Shown here in pieces: positions 40,497-50,523 of a stretch of DNA of 64,000 nucleotides; within the stretch, counting starts at the first letter, position 1, and each line of letters starts with the position of its first letter. Source of the DNA: Armatimonadota bacterium (lineage in GTDB: Bacteria; Armatimonadota; SYMT01); contig JAWLHY010000017.1 of the NCBI GenBank assembly GCA_041690135.1, positions 1 to 64,000 on the forward strand, written 5' to 3'. The position numbers and the translations under genes were made by a program. The notes beneath the pieces are model-generated. The model was given only the letters and a program-made list of their open reading frames with translations, was not told where the DNA came from and made no database searches.

Positions 40497-43325
40497 CTAG
40501 CGGATAGTGATGAAGTCATTATGGTTCAGAAGCACCAGTACAAGCATCTCCCGGGCTCGCTGCGCCGGGTCGGCGGAAGGCTTGCTGCCGTCCGCTGGCG
40601 CGGTGGCCGCGGTGGTGACGGTTTTTCCCGCTCCGGAGCGGCGCGCGGTGAGGTACTGGAGGCACTCCGAACGCTCGGCGGGGGAGGGGAGCCGAGAGAG
40701 GATCCGCTCGAAAGCCGTATGGATGAACCGTTGTTGATCGGCGCCTATCTGCTTTGTCAGGTCGCGGGCAAGAAGGCGAGATTGCACCAGCGCCAGCTCG
40801 CTGTTGGCCAGTGCCAGCGCCTGTTGGGGGACGATGGTCTCCTTCCGCATGTAGCACTCCAGTGGGTTTGGTCCGTCGAAGGTGCTAAGGAAGACCATCT
40901 CCTTTTCGGGAGCGTGGCGGAAGTAGAGACTTCGTCGCTTGACGGAAAGCCCCTGGTGTTGATCGATCTCCGGACCGCCCATCATCCGATCGAGTTGGCC
41001 CGCCACGTGAAGCACGTTATCCCGGACGATCTCCGCGTCCATTCGGAGGGAGTTCATTCGCCACAGGTACCGGTTATCCGGATCTTTCGCGAGGTTTGCG
41101 GTCTCCGGCGTCGAGGCCATCCGGTAGGTGTTGCTGGTGACGATCAGGCGGTGGAGGCGCTTCATGCTCCAGCCGAGGCCGCCGGTAGGAAAGTGGCCGG
41201 AAGTATTGACAATTGACAATTGCAAATTGGAAATTGCAAATTGTTCTCGCTCCCCAGCCCTCTGCCCCCTGCCCCCTTGAGAGGGGGGGATCGTAGCTGG
41301 CGTGGAGAACAAGGACGCCAAATAGTCCAACAACTCTGGGTGCGTGGGCGGGAGGCTGGCGCGGCCGAGGTCGGCGGGGTTGGGGGCCAGGCCTTTGCCG
41401 AAGTGGCGCAGCCAGATGTGATTGACGGCCGCGCGGGCGGTGAGGGGGTTCTGCGGGTTCACCAGCCACCGGGCAAAGGCGAGGCGGCGGCCTGTGCTCG
41501 TGGCGGGAAAGTTGGAGGTCACCCGGGGCTTGAAGGCCGTGGTGCCGGGGTCCTTCAGTTGTTTTTCGGCTGCCACCAGCGCCTTTTCCGCGACAGCGAG
41601 CGCGTCTTTCGCTTTCTTGAGCGCGTCCGGTTTCGCGGGCGGATTGGCCTTCTCCAGCTTGGCGAGGGCTTCCGTCGCCACCGCTTTGTTCAGGGCTGCT
41701 TCGGCGTGAGCCTGGCGCCGCTGTTGGACGACGGCGTCCTGCGCGGCTTGCTGCCACTCTTCGCTCACCCGCTGCCCCGCATCCTCCAGCGACTCCACCC
41801 GCAATACCGCATCGAGGGCGGCCTGGGCGGCTTCGGCGGCTTCCAGGCGCAGCCGGGCCATGGCGACCTTCTCCGGTGGTCCGCCATCTTCCACTTCCTT
41901 CAGCGCGGCCAGGACCCGTTCCGTGGAAGCGGCGCGGAGATCCCGGATCACGTGCGGCTGCTTCTCGGGTACGTGGGCCCAGAGGGGAAGCTCGACCGGC
42001 TCAACCTGCAGGCGGTCGCCCAGCGCTTCCGGCACTCCCGGCTGCAGGGGCGTGTCCTTCAATGGCTGGCGTTCGTCCCCCCGCACGTACAAGTAGGTGG
42101 GGGCGTCCAGCTTGGCATCGTAGGCGCGTGGCAGGCCGTCCTTCTTCGTGTCCGTCTCTCCGGGGACCCAGTCGGTGCGGACCTGGTGCGGCTCGAAGAT
42201 AGCGCGGAGCTGGTAGTACTCCTTTTGCGAGAGAGGATCGTACATGTGGTCGTGGCACCGAGCGCACCCCACCGTCAAGCCGAGGAACGCTTGCCCCGTG
42301 TGGTCCACCACGTCCTGCATCCACTTTTCCCGGCTCAGCAGCTTGTAATTGCGCACCAGGTAGCCGGTGCCCCGCAGGGCGTCCGCATCGGTCGGGTAGG
42401 CTTCGTCGGCGGCCAGCATCTCCACGACCATCCGGTCGTAGCCCTTGTCCCGGTTCAACGACTCGACGATCCAGTCGCGCCAGCGCCAGATGTGCGGCAG
42501 GCTGTCCCGAACCTGTTCTCCATAGCCGGTCCAGTCGCTGTAACGCCACACGTCCATCCAGTGCCGTCCCCAGCGCTCGCCGTATGCGGGGGAGGCCAGA
42601 AGGCGGTCCACGACCTTCTCATACGCGCTCGGTGAGGAGTCGGCCAGGAAAGCGCGCTGTTCTTCGGGCGTGGGTGAAAGGCCGATCAGGTCCAGGTAGA
42701 CCCGGCGCAGGAGTACGGCCTTGGGGGCTGGCGGACGCGGCTTCAGCCCCCGGCGCTCGTGCTCCGCGGCCACAAAGGCGTCGATTGGGCTGCGCACCCA
42801 GGAAGCGTTCTTGACCTTGGGGACTGCCGGTCGCCGGACGGGCTGGAAGGGCCGCCAGCGATAGGTGCTCGCATAGGCGGCGAACCGCGTCATGGTCTTG
42901 CCGTACCCGGCCAGTTCCTTGGGGCTCGGGCGGTCGGTCGGATCGCCAGGGCGGTGGCCGGTGAGGATCTCGGTCCGGTTCGGGACCCCGTCGCCGTCGC
43001 TGTCTTGTCCACCCACCGCGCGCAGCCGGGTGCTGAAGTCGGTCGCCTTGCCCGCCTGACGCAGTTCCTCCAGCACGGCGGCGAGCCGCTTGCCGAACGG
43101 GTTGTGGGGGAGATCGGCGAGGGACTCGGGAGCCTTGCCGGTGGTCGAGGGAAGATGGCAGGTTCCGCACTGGTTAAGGCGGCCCGCCAGAAAGGTCCCG
43201 TAGTGCTCGCCCAGCGACTTCAGATGCATCGGCTTGGCGTCGGCCCGTTCGGCGGGTGCCAGCGTCAGGAGGGCACCCGCGGCAACCAGGGCAAGATGCA
43301 GGGATGGACGGAACTTTGTGACCAT
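40497..43325 (-). CDS. DUF1549/DUF1553 protein with an N-terminal CxxCH + DSDGDG module
   Basis: CGTCH, DSDGDGVPN, YGERWGRHWMDVWRYSD, CARCHDHMYDP, PTHPELLDYLA, VPQQAL. Confidence 0.92.
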   Translation of the reverse strand: MVTKFRPSLHLALVAAGALLTLAPAERADAKPMHLKSLGEHYGTFLAGRLNQCGTCHLPSTTGKAPESLADLPHNPFGKRLAAVLEELRQAGKATDFSTRLRAVGGQDSDGDGVPNRTEILTGHRPGDPTDRPSPKELAGYGKTMTRFAAYASTYRWRPFQPVRRPAVPKVKNASWVRSPIDAFVAAEHERRGLKPRPPAPKAVLLRRVYLDLIGLSPTPEEQRAFLADSSPSAYEKVVDRLLASPAYGERWGRHWMDVWRYSDWTGYGEQVRDSLPHIWRWRDWIVESLNRDKGYDRMVVEMLAADEAYPTDADALRGTGYLVRNYKLLSREKWMQDVVDHTGQAFLGLTVGCARCHDHMYDPLSQKEYYQLRAIFEPHQVRTDWVPGETDTKKDGLPRAYDAKLDAPTYLYVRGDERQPLKDTPLQPGVPEALGDRLQVEPVELPLWAHVPEKQPHVIRDLRAASTERVLAALKEVEDGGPPEKVAMARLRLEAAEAAQAALDAVLRVESLEDAGQRVSEEWQQAAQDAVVQQRRQAHAEAALNKAVATEALAKLEKANPPAKPDALKKAKDALAVAEKALVAAEKQLKDPGTTAFKPRVTSNFPATSTGRRLAFARWLVNPQNPLTARAAVNHIWLRHFGKGLAPNPADLGRASLPPTHPELLDYLASLFSTPATIPPSQGGRGQRAGEREQFAISNLQLSIVNTSGHFPTGGLGWSMKRLHRLIVTSNTYRMASTPETANLAKDPDNRYLWRMNSLRMDAEIVRDNVLHVAGQLDRMMGGPEIDQHQGLSVKRRSLYFRHAPEKEMVFLSTFDGPNPLECYMRKETIVPQQALALANSELALVQSRLLARDLTKQIGADQQRFIHTAFERILSRLPSPAERSECLQYLTARRSGAGKTVTTAATAPADGSKPSADPAQRAREMLVLVLLNHNDFITIR
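41175..41305. repeat. In-frame insertion containing a C-rich/G-rich hairpin and an (ATTGNNA)x5 heptamer array
   Basis: Lies between LLDYLASLF and GWSMKRLHRL; array at 41205-41243. Confidence 0.8.
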
Positions 43326-43461
43326 GAACTCTCCGCGGTAGCTATTGGATCCAGACAGTTGTGAGGTCCGAGGTTCAGGGATGTTGCGCCAAAGGACAGC
43401 GGCAACCGCGGCAGGTGCGCAGAGATCGGTGGGACCGCATCACAGCGGAGCGGACCCACTC

Positions 43462-44922
43462 TCAGTTGCGTCGTACGAGCAGGGAGAGCCAGCCGGGAAG
43501 GTCCTGTTCTTCTGCGGGCGCGGCGGGGAGTGGGAGCGCCTTGGGGTCCATTGTCGCGGGTCCGGACGGCCGGGGCAAGTTCATGCTGTCCGGAGTAGGA
43601 GCGCTTGCCGGAATTGGAACGTTCCACAGCCCGGCGGAAGCCTCTTCCAGAAAGCGGAGGGCCTCCGTCATTTCCCGCCGCAACTCCGGATCGCGTTCGC
43701 GCCGGATAGCCTGCTCGAGGTCGCCGACAAGGGTGCCGACAGCGGGATGAGGAGACGTTTCGGCGATTCTGGACGCTGTGCGCACTGTCGCGAGACGGGT
43801 TTCCGAGTTCCTGCTGCGAAGTGCGCTTGCGAGAACTGGAAGTGCCGCAATGCCTGCTGCCGCGAGTGTGAATGCTGTTTCCTCGCGCAGTTCTCTCCTC
43901 TCCATCGCCCGTGCGATCGCCGCCGCGACTCGCTGGTTGGTAAGGAAAGCTGCGAGAATCCGAACGGCGAGATGGGCGACTTCGGGTTCGTCGTCCAGGG
44001 CTCGGACGAGAGCTGTGAGGGCGGGTTCGGCTTTTCGACCCATCTCCAGTAGGGCTCCGGCCGCATTCCGCCGTACCACCGAATCGGAATCCGAGAGGGC
44101 TTTTGCGAGAGCACGAACGGCGGACGCCGCTTCCGGCCCGATCCTTCCCAGTGCGTGGGCTGCTGCCCTCCGCAGTTCCGTGTCACGGTCCCGAAGCGCG
44201 CGCGCCAGAAGCGGCGCTGCCGGTGCGGCCGCGGGGCCGATTCCTCCCAGAGCGAAGACTGCCTCGCGCTGCATCCGTGGGTCCGGGTCGCGCACCGCTC
44301 GGCGCAGGGCGTCTACTGAGGAACTGGCGGCGGGACCGATCATGCCCAGGGCGCGCGCTGCTTCTCGTCGTACGTTCTCGTCGGGATCCGCGAGTAGGCT
44401 TGCAAGTTGCGGAGCGGCCGGAGCAGCTACGGGGCCGATGCCTGCCAGAGCCTTGGCCGCACTTTCTCGCAGGCGTTCAGCCGGACTGGTGAGCGCCAGG
44501 ATGAGAGCCGGAATGGCTGGCGCCGCTTCCGGTCCGATGCCGCCAAGCGCTTCCGCGGCAGTCGCGGCCATTCGCCATTGAGCGTCATCCAGCACGCCGG
44601 CAAGTGCTCCTACCGCCGGCGCGGCCGCTGGCCCCAGTTGCAACAGCGCTTCGGCGGTTGACCAGCGCACCTGGAGGTCGGGATCGCTGAGACTTCGCGC
44701 CAGCGCGTGGACCGCGGGTGCAGCCGCTGGGCCGAGATGGCGTAGGGCCATGGCGGCGGCACAGCGCACGCTGGCGTGGGGATGCGAGAGTGCGCCGGCG
44801 AGCGCCTGAGCCGCCGGCGCTGCATCGCTTCCCATTCGGCCGAGGGCCTGCGCAGCCTGGGTGCGTTCATCCGGATTTCCGGTTTGTAGACGGTGAACGT
44901 GATCGGCGAGGGTGAGTCTCAA
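43462..44922 (-). CDS. HEAT/PBS-lyase repeat protein
   Basis: Many DxDxxVRxxAAxALGxIGPxAAPAV repeats. Confidence 0.9.
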   Translation of the reverse strand: MRLTLADHVHRLQTGNPDERTQAAQALGRMGSDAAPAAQALAGALSHPHASVRCAAAMALRHLGPAAAPAVHALARSLSDPDLQVRWSTAEALLQLGPAAAPAVGALAGVLDDAQWRMAATAAEALGGIGPEAAPAIPALILALTSPAERLRESAAKALAGIGPVAAPAAPQLASLLADPDENVRREAARALGMIGPAASSSVDALRRAVRDPDPRMQREAVFALGGIGPAAAPAAPLLARALRDRDTELRRAAAHALGRIGPEAASAVRALAKALSDSDSVVRRNAAGALLEMGRKAEPALTALVRALDDEPEVAHLAVRILAAFLTNQRVAAAIARAMERRELREETAFTLAAAGIAALPVLASALRSRNSETRLATVRTASRIAETSPHPAVGTLVGDLEQAIRRERDPELRREMTEALRFLEEASAGLWNVPIPASAPTPDSMNLPRPSGPATMDPKALPLPAAPAEEQDLPGWLSLLVRRN

Positions 44923-45013
44923 CTCGCGGTCTCAGTGAATGGAAGTGCCGCGCGCACTTCCCAGGGAACCGGGCTCGTCTCTTGCGCGCGAGAATGCTCT
45001 TCTATACCCACGA

Positions 45014-45566
45014 CTAAGACCGTGCGCCAGCGGATTTCAGCAGTTTTTCCATGGCGCTATCACGGTTCGTGCGCGCAATCGCCAGCGGCGTCTTGCCTTC
45101 GGGACCGCTCACGTTCGGGTTCGCTTTCCGTTGCAGCAGCATCCGCGCGACGGAATGGTCCCCTTGTTCCACGGCGATGAGGAGCGGCGTATATCCCTCT
45201 TCGTCTCGGGCGTCCGCCGGCGCGCCGCTCCGGAGCAAGAGGCGGACCAATTCCGGGTCCCCCTCGGCCGAGTAGGCGGCTCCGTGGAGTGGGGTCCACC
45301 CTCCTTTCGCGCGTGCGTCAACGCCCACCCGGCACCAATGGTTCGAACTCCGGCGCCGGGAGGAGGGCCGCAAGCATCAACGGGGTGAGCCCGTCACGGC
45401 CCGGAGCCTGGAGATCTGCGCCTTTCTCCACCAGCAGCAAGATCAATTCGGGACTCACGTACTCGTTCAGCCCCATCCCGGCTATGGCGAGGTGGAGCGG
45501 GCTCATTCCACTTCGTGGTCGCACCCGCACGTCCGCGCCCTTCTGAACGAGCAGCGTCCGACCCAT
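45014..45566 (-). pseudogene. Frameshifted, probably 5'-truncated ankyrin-repeat gene
   Basis: GMSPLHLA and GLTPLMLA in one frame (45318..45566); GWTPLHGA, GYTPLLIA and GKTPLAIA in another (45014..45373). Confidence 0.75.
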
Positions 45567-45632
45567 GAGTGTTACCCTCCCACTGCTTTCGAGGGCTGTG
45601 GGTCGGAAACGTTGCGCGTTATTGAATGAGTT

Positions 45633-47261
45633 TCAGTCGAGGAAACGGTTGAGCACGTTGGCGGTGATGCGGGAGACGTTCTCGTCCACCCAAATCGTGG
45701 CGGTGTACGTGATTGAGCCGACGGAGAAAGCGGCCCCGCCACTCGCGGTTTCGTGATAGACGATCTCGGCGCCGCCTTCGTCCCGGTTGATCCCCTTGGC
45801 CAGGCGCACCGTTCCCGGGGGGCTGCTGGGGCTCATCTTGTCGGTCTCGTGACCGGAGGCGCCGCCGCTGATCCGCTCCTGGAGGGAGGCTTCCCCGAAG
45901 AGGTCCCCGTTCCGAAGCCCGGTGCCTTCAAAGATCCAGTGGGAGGCATCTTCCACCCGGTAGGGGGCGGCGGTCATGATACCGGTCTCGGTGCAGACCA
46001 CTCCGAGCAGGCAGGCCTCGGATTCCACCCGGCGGGCGAACCGGCTTTCATACTGGATGCTGGGATCTTCCGGGTCCATCGGGCCGAGCGCTCCGCCTTT
46101 ACTGAGGAGTTGGGTGTTGCAGCGCATCTTCAGGTCGTCGCCATCCTCGTACAACTCGACCTCGCAATTGATTCCGTTGCCGCCCAGGTACATCAGCTTG
46201 CCGCCGCGGTTGAAGACCCAGTCCTTCACCTGCTCGTACATTTTCCGGGTCCAGTACTCGGGGTGGACCTGGATGATGAGCACCTGGTAGGCGTCGAGAT
46301 CGATCTCCCCGAAGTGGAGGTGGGCCTCCGAGTAGAGGTCGTAGGCATAGCCTTCCCGCTCCATCCACCCCAGCAGGCGCCACTCCGCGGGGGCGAGGTG
46401 GCACTCCTGACGGCCCCGGATCGGATCGGTGATCCGGGCGTTCGGCGGCACCTGGTTGTTCGGCTCCGGCCGCTCGAAGGAGATAGGTTGATACGCCGCA
46501 TCCCGCTCGCGCCATTCGCCGAAGGAGCCGCCCCGGTAGCGGGCGAGATCCTGGCGACCGTTCACCGTGGGCTGCGGTGGGAGATAGGGACCGTTGATGT
46601 AGTTGCTCCGGCCGCCGAAGTTATTGTAGGCGTTCCAGTTGTTGGTGGAGGCGAGGACGGCGATCTTGGCCGAGGGCCGGGCGGGCGCGACGACCCAGGG
46701 GAAACTGAAGAACTCGCCGGTATCGGTTTCGGCGTGGAAGTAGTACAGGCCGGAACGCTCCGGGGCAATGGCCATCTGTGTGTGATGCGGACTGCCGTAG
46801 CCGACCTTGTTCCAACGCACGCCCGTCTGCGTGTAGTCGCCGTCCGGAGTGATCTGCATCGCTGCGAGGGGACCGTGCTCGTCGAACCAGCCGTAGAGTT
46901 TCACGAATTCCACGTCCTGGCCGTAGCGCCAGAGGCTGAGGCGGTAGGGCTCGACGGAATGGACCCGGAACTCGCCGCGCTCGCCCGTTCGGGCCCACTT
47001 GGGCCAGACGTAGCCCAGCAGCCGGTTGGCGAGGAGGCGGAACTGGTAAGGTTCGCCGCTCCCGACCGTGAGATCCACGCTCTTCGGCCCGTAGCCTTCC
47101 TTGAAGAGGGTAACGCGGTAGTCGCCGGGTTCCAGGTCGGCGTATACCCCGCCCCGAGGAGAGGAATGTACCACGGTCACCATCTCGCCGTCCCGCTGGA
47201 ACTCCAGCGCCACGTCCGCCAGCGCCACATAGCGCTCATCGCTCACAAATCCTACCAGCAT
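45633..47261 (-). CDS. N,N-dimethylformamidase beta-subunit-like protein with an N-terminal beta-sandwich
   Basis: TNNWNAYNNFGG, ISFERP, HPEYWT, LGGNG, FSVGSI; AAGGAG RBS before MLVGFV. Confidence 0.8.
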   Translation of the reverse strand: MLVGFVSDERYVALADVALEFQRDGEMVTVVHSSPRGGVYADLEPGDYRVTLFKEGYGPKSVDLTVGSGEPYQFRLLANRLLGYVWPKWARTGERGEFRVHSVEPYRLSLWRYGQDVEFVKLYGWFDEHGPLAAMQITPDGDYTQTGVRWNKVGYGSPHHTQMAIAPERSGLYYFHAETDTGEFFSFPWVVAPARPSAKIAVLASTNNWNAYNNFGGRSNYINGPYLPPQPTVNGRQDLARYRGGSFGEWRERDAAYQPISFERPEPNNQVPPNARITDPIRGRQECHLAPAEWRLLGWMEREGYAYDLYSEAHLHFGEIDLDAYQVLIIQVHPEYWTRKMYEQVKDWVFNRGGKLMYLGGNGINCEVELYEDGDDLKMRCNTQLLSKGGALGPMDPEDPSIQYESRFARRVESEACLLGVVCTETGIMTAAPYRVEDASHWIFEGTGLRNGDLFGEASLQERISGGASGHETDKMSPSSPPGTVRLAKGINRDEGGAEIVYHETASGGAAFSVGSITYTATIWVDENVSRITANVLNRFLD

Positions 47262-47518
47262 GCCCCTGACTCCTTTCCGGTATCCAGTTCGCCGCGTGGA
47301 TCGCATTTCCTCATCAGACCTCGCGAAAGCCGATAGGAGTATCACGACCAGGCGCCATGGGTTAAAGGCCGCAGCCCGTGACCGGTCCCCCTCGGACTCA
47401 CATCCGTGGCTGACGGACCGAAGTCCCACCCAAGGGGTGCCCGGCGTGGACTCGGAACCGGCCATACGCAGAGGAAAGGTGCGTTTCACCGATCCATTTC
47501 CGTAACACCGACCGTAAC

Positions 47519-47556
47519 ACTGAAGCCCCTGCACCGGTGGGTGCAGGGGCTTCAGT
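47519..47556 (-). terminator. 17-bp perfect hairpin downstream of the flotillin gene
   Basis: ACTGAAGCCCCTGCACC-GGTG-GGTGCAGGGGCTTCAGT. Confidence 0.7.
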
Positions 47557-47594
47557 TCCGGGTTTACGCCCGACCTTCTGGAGACGCTGGGGTG

Positions 47595-49493
47595 TTACGC
47601 GCCGGCGGAGGCGGCGGGCCCGTCGCCGGACGGGTCGCTGTCGACCTGGGGCCGCGTCGCCGGGACGACCGCCGCGGTTACCGTTGCCTCGGTCTTCGGC
47701 GGGGCCGCATGCCCGTTGCCGGAGCGAGCCCGCAGGAACTCTTCGAGAACGTCCGTTGCCTGGGGGCCCAGCGTGGACAGCAGTTCCTGAATCGGGGCCG
47801 GCAGCGACTTCAGCAAGCCATCCAGCTTGTTGCTGAAGCCCATGCCCTGCGTGTACTGGCTGAACATCGTCGACATCGTGGTCGGATCGCCGTAGATGTT
47901 GTAGTTGCCCTTCGACATGAACTGTCCGAGGGCCGCCGCCAGGGCCATCTGCACTTCCTTGTCCGCTTCGATGCGGAGCTTGGCCGTTTCGAATTCGATG
48001 GCGGCACGGTCGAAGGTCTGGCGGTTCTCCAGCGCCTTGCGCTCGACTTCCACGCGGGCCTGCTCGACGTTGACTCGCTCGCGCTCGACGTTGACTTCCA
48101 CCAGGCGCTGCGCCTGCTCGCCCTGCGCGACCATCTCCTTGGCGCGGGCTTCCGCTTCCGCGAGCTTCAGCCGCGCCTGGGCTTCCAGGTCGGCCGACTT
48201 CTGCGAGGCTTCCGCCTTTTTGATCTCGGCGAAAGCGGCGACCTGCGCCTCTGTCTCGCGCTTGATCCGCTCTTGCTCGATGACCTGCTTGGCCCCAATG
48301 AGCTTGGTTTGCGCTTCGCGCTCCGCCTGGGCAGTGGCCTGGACGGTCACGATCTCCTGGTTGGCGCGTTCCCGCTCGGCCTGGGCCGCGAGAGCCTCCC
48401 GCTCCGCCCGCGCTCGCGCGGCCTCGGCTTCGGCCACGGCAATCTGCTTTTGGCGTTCAGCGAGTTCGACGGCCTTCATGCGCTCGATATCGGTCTGCTC
48501 GCGTTCCTGTTGGCGCCGGATGAGCGTTTGCTCTCGTTCGATGTTCGCCGATTCGATCGCGAGGTCTCGGGCGATCTCCGCCTGGCGTACCGCTTGCTCC
48601 TGGGAGACGGAGAACGCCTGTTTCTCCCGGGCACGTTCGGACTGGATATTGGCAACGTCGCGCTCCTGGTTGGCGACCGCCTCGGCGCGCTGCCGCTCCA
48701 ACTCCAAGACCTGCTGGCGCGTGACCACATCCTGCTGCGTGATCTGCTGCTCCGCCATCCGCTCCAGGCGGTTCCGCTCGACGCGGGCCGCGGCAGTGAT
48801 CTCGGTGATCTTCTTCTTGCCCTGGGCGTCGAAGATGTTCTCATCCGAGAGGCCGCGGGGGTCCGTCTGGTCGAGGCGGGAGATCGTCACGGTCTCCAGC
48901 AGCAGGCCATTCTGCTGGAGTTCCTCGGAGACGAGTTCCTGAACGCCGCTGGCGAAATTCTTCCGATCGGAGTGGATCTCCGCCAGGTCCTTCTGGGCCG
49001 CCACGGAGCGCAGGGCCGACACCAGCTTTTCGAATACCAGGGTGCCGACCGCTTTCGCGTCCACGGACTTGTGTCCCAGGGAGCGGGCGGCCTGCAGGAC
49101 GTCTTCTTCCGTGGGGTTCACGCGAATGTAGAATTCCGCCTTGACATCGACCCGCAGGTTGTCCTGGGTAATCAAGGCGTCCTGATCCATTCGCTCCACT
49201 TCGAGCTTCATCGTTTCCAGGGACACCGGCGCCACCTGGTGCATGACGGGCCAGACAAACAGGCCGCCGTTCAGTGCCACCTGGGCATTGCCCCAGCCTG
49301 TCCGAACGAGAGCCTCACTGGCCGAGGCCCGCCGGAATACGCAAAACAATGAGGTGACGAGACCGACTACGGCTACCACACTCCCAATGCCGGATGCGGC
49401 AAGACCGGGCACTCCCATGGTCGCCGCCACACCGGTGAAACCCGCTATGATCATCACCACGCCGACGATGATCAGCGCAAACCCAAACAACAT
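47595..49493 (-). CDS. Flotillin-like SPFH protein (YqiK-like)
   Basis: EALVRTG, LITQDNLRVDVKAEFY, LDQTD, NIFDAQG; long EA-rich coiled coil. Confidence 0.92.
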   Translation of the reverse strand: MLFGFALIIVGVVMIIAGFTGVAATMGVPGLAASGIGSVVAVVGLVTSLFCVFRRASASEALVRTGWGNAQVALNGGLFVWPVMHQVAPVSLETMKLEVERMDQDALITQDNLRVDVKAEFYIRVNPTEEDVLQAARSLGHKSVDAKAVGTLVFEKLVSALRSVAAQKDLAEIHSDRKNFASGVQELVSEELQQNGLLLETVTISRLDQTDPRGLSDENIFDAQGKKKITEITAAARVERNRLERMAEQQITQQDVVTRQQVLELERQRAEAVANQERDVANIQSERAREKQAFSVSQEQAVRQAEIARDLAIESANIEREQTLIRRQQEREQTDIERMKAVELAERQKQIAVAEAEAARARAEREALAAQAERERANQEIVTVQATAQAEREAQTKLIGAKQVIEQERIKRETEAQVAAFAEIKKAEASQKSADLEAQARLKLAEAEARAKEMVAQGEQAQRLVEVNVERERVNVEQARVEVERKALENRQTFDRAAIEFETAKLRIEADKEVQMALAAALGQFMSKGNYNIYGDPTTMSTMFSQYTQGMGFSNKLDGLLKSLPAPIQELLSTLGPQATDVLEEFLRARSGNGHAAPPKTEATVTAAVVPATRPQVDSDPSGDGPAASAGA

Positions 49494-49561
49494 CTCCGTT
49501 CTCCTCTCCGGATCGCAGGATCCGGGTCTACGAACGCTTACTCGCCCACTAAGGATACGAT

Positions 49562-50269
49562 TTAAATCCGATCAACAAAGGTGCGGGAATCGTCGACCTG
49601 GTACACACTGCGCTCCGAGTCGTAACCCAGCACGATAATCTCCTGCCCGCTCTCCAGCCGTCCGCTCTCCGTCCGGGCCCGTACCCGGTGCAGGGTGCCG
49701 TGCTGATCCCGGATGTGGACCGTGCCCTCCGAGTCGGTGACCGGGTAAACTACCTGTCCGGTGGAGCCCACGAGTTGTCTTCGCTTTAGCGAAGCCGTCT
49801 CCACCGGACGGTAGACCTTGCCGACGAGGGTCGCGACACCCCGGGTGAACACCAGGCTCAAGAAGAGCGTGACGGGGACGGACCCGAGCAATGCTGAAGG
49901 CCCCGTCGCCTGTACCACCTGGTGGAAGGTCAGGCCGATCGTTCCCCAGAAGAGGAACAGCACTTGCAGCACCAGGCTAAGCGGCGCCTTGCCGGCCCCG
50001 ATAAACAGCAGCGGTCCCATCCAGGGGGCTGCGTGTCCACTATGCCCCGCATCCCCCTCCAGGGAGGCTTCTCCGCCGGCATCCGCATCGACCTCCAGGT
50101 CGAGGTCTACATCGACGTCGGTGTTGACTCCCTCCGCGCCCGCATGTCCGGCTTCCACCATCCCGCCGGCCAACCCGAAAACGGAGGTCATGGTGAGCAG
50201 GATCAGGACCACCGCCAGTGGAATCGAGTAAACTGCATTCCACCACGTGAATAGCCAGCTCAGTTGCAT
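49562..50269 (-). CDS. YqiJ/DUF1449-like membrane protein with a C-terminal OB fold (NfeD-like)
   Basis: TM helices, DVDVDLD linker, GKAPLS, LVGSTGQV, RDQHGTLH; lies upstream of flotillin. Confidence 0.85.
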   Translation of the reverse strand: MQLSWLFTWWNAVYSIPLAVVLILLTMTSVFGLAGGMVEAGHAGAEGVNTDVDVDLDLEVDADAGGEASLEGDAGHSGHAAPWMGPLLFIGAGKAPLSLVLQVLFLFWGTIGLTFHQVVQATGPSALLGSVPVTLFLSLVFTRGVATLVGKVYRPVETASLKRRQLVGSTGQVVYPVTDSEGTVHIRDQHGTLHRVRARTESGRLESGQEIIVLGYDSERSVYQVDDSRTFVDRI

Positions 50270-50523
50270 GGCGCGTCTCCCGAACCGCCTCGCATCGTCA
50301 ACCCGGGCGTTCCTATCACTTAACGGGCCGGCTCGCGGATCGGATGCGGTTAGACCGTTCTCGTCACAGCATTCCCCGCCGCAACCATTCGAGCCTTCTT
50401 TGGACCCTAAATTCCTCCCGCAGAGCGTTGACGGAGGACTAGACCGCCCCGCGGAACAACAGATTCTCCGGTGTGCCCGTCGATCCTGGACGGGTGTCCC
50501 TCTTAGGTTTCAGTAAGAAGACT

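Noticed and set aside
47270-47320. CTGATGAG...GAAA on the minus strand suggesting a hammerhead ribozyme
   Set aside because: I could not build the required stems or the C-GAAA junction by eye; an Infernal search would settle it.
47406-49352. Long antisense ORFs (also 11536..13359, 32308..33849, 35724..37259, 45753..47336)
   Set aside because: Shadow frames of real genes, expected from high-GC codon bias.
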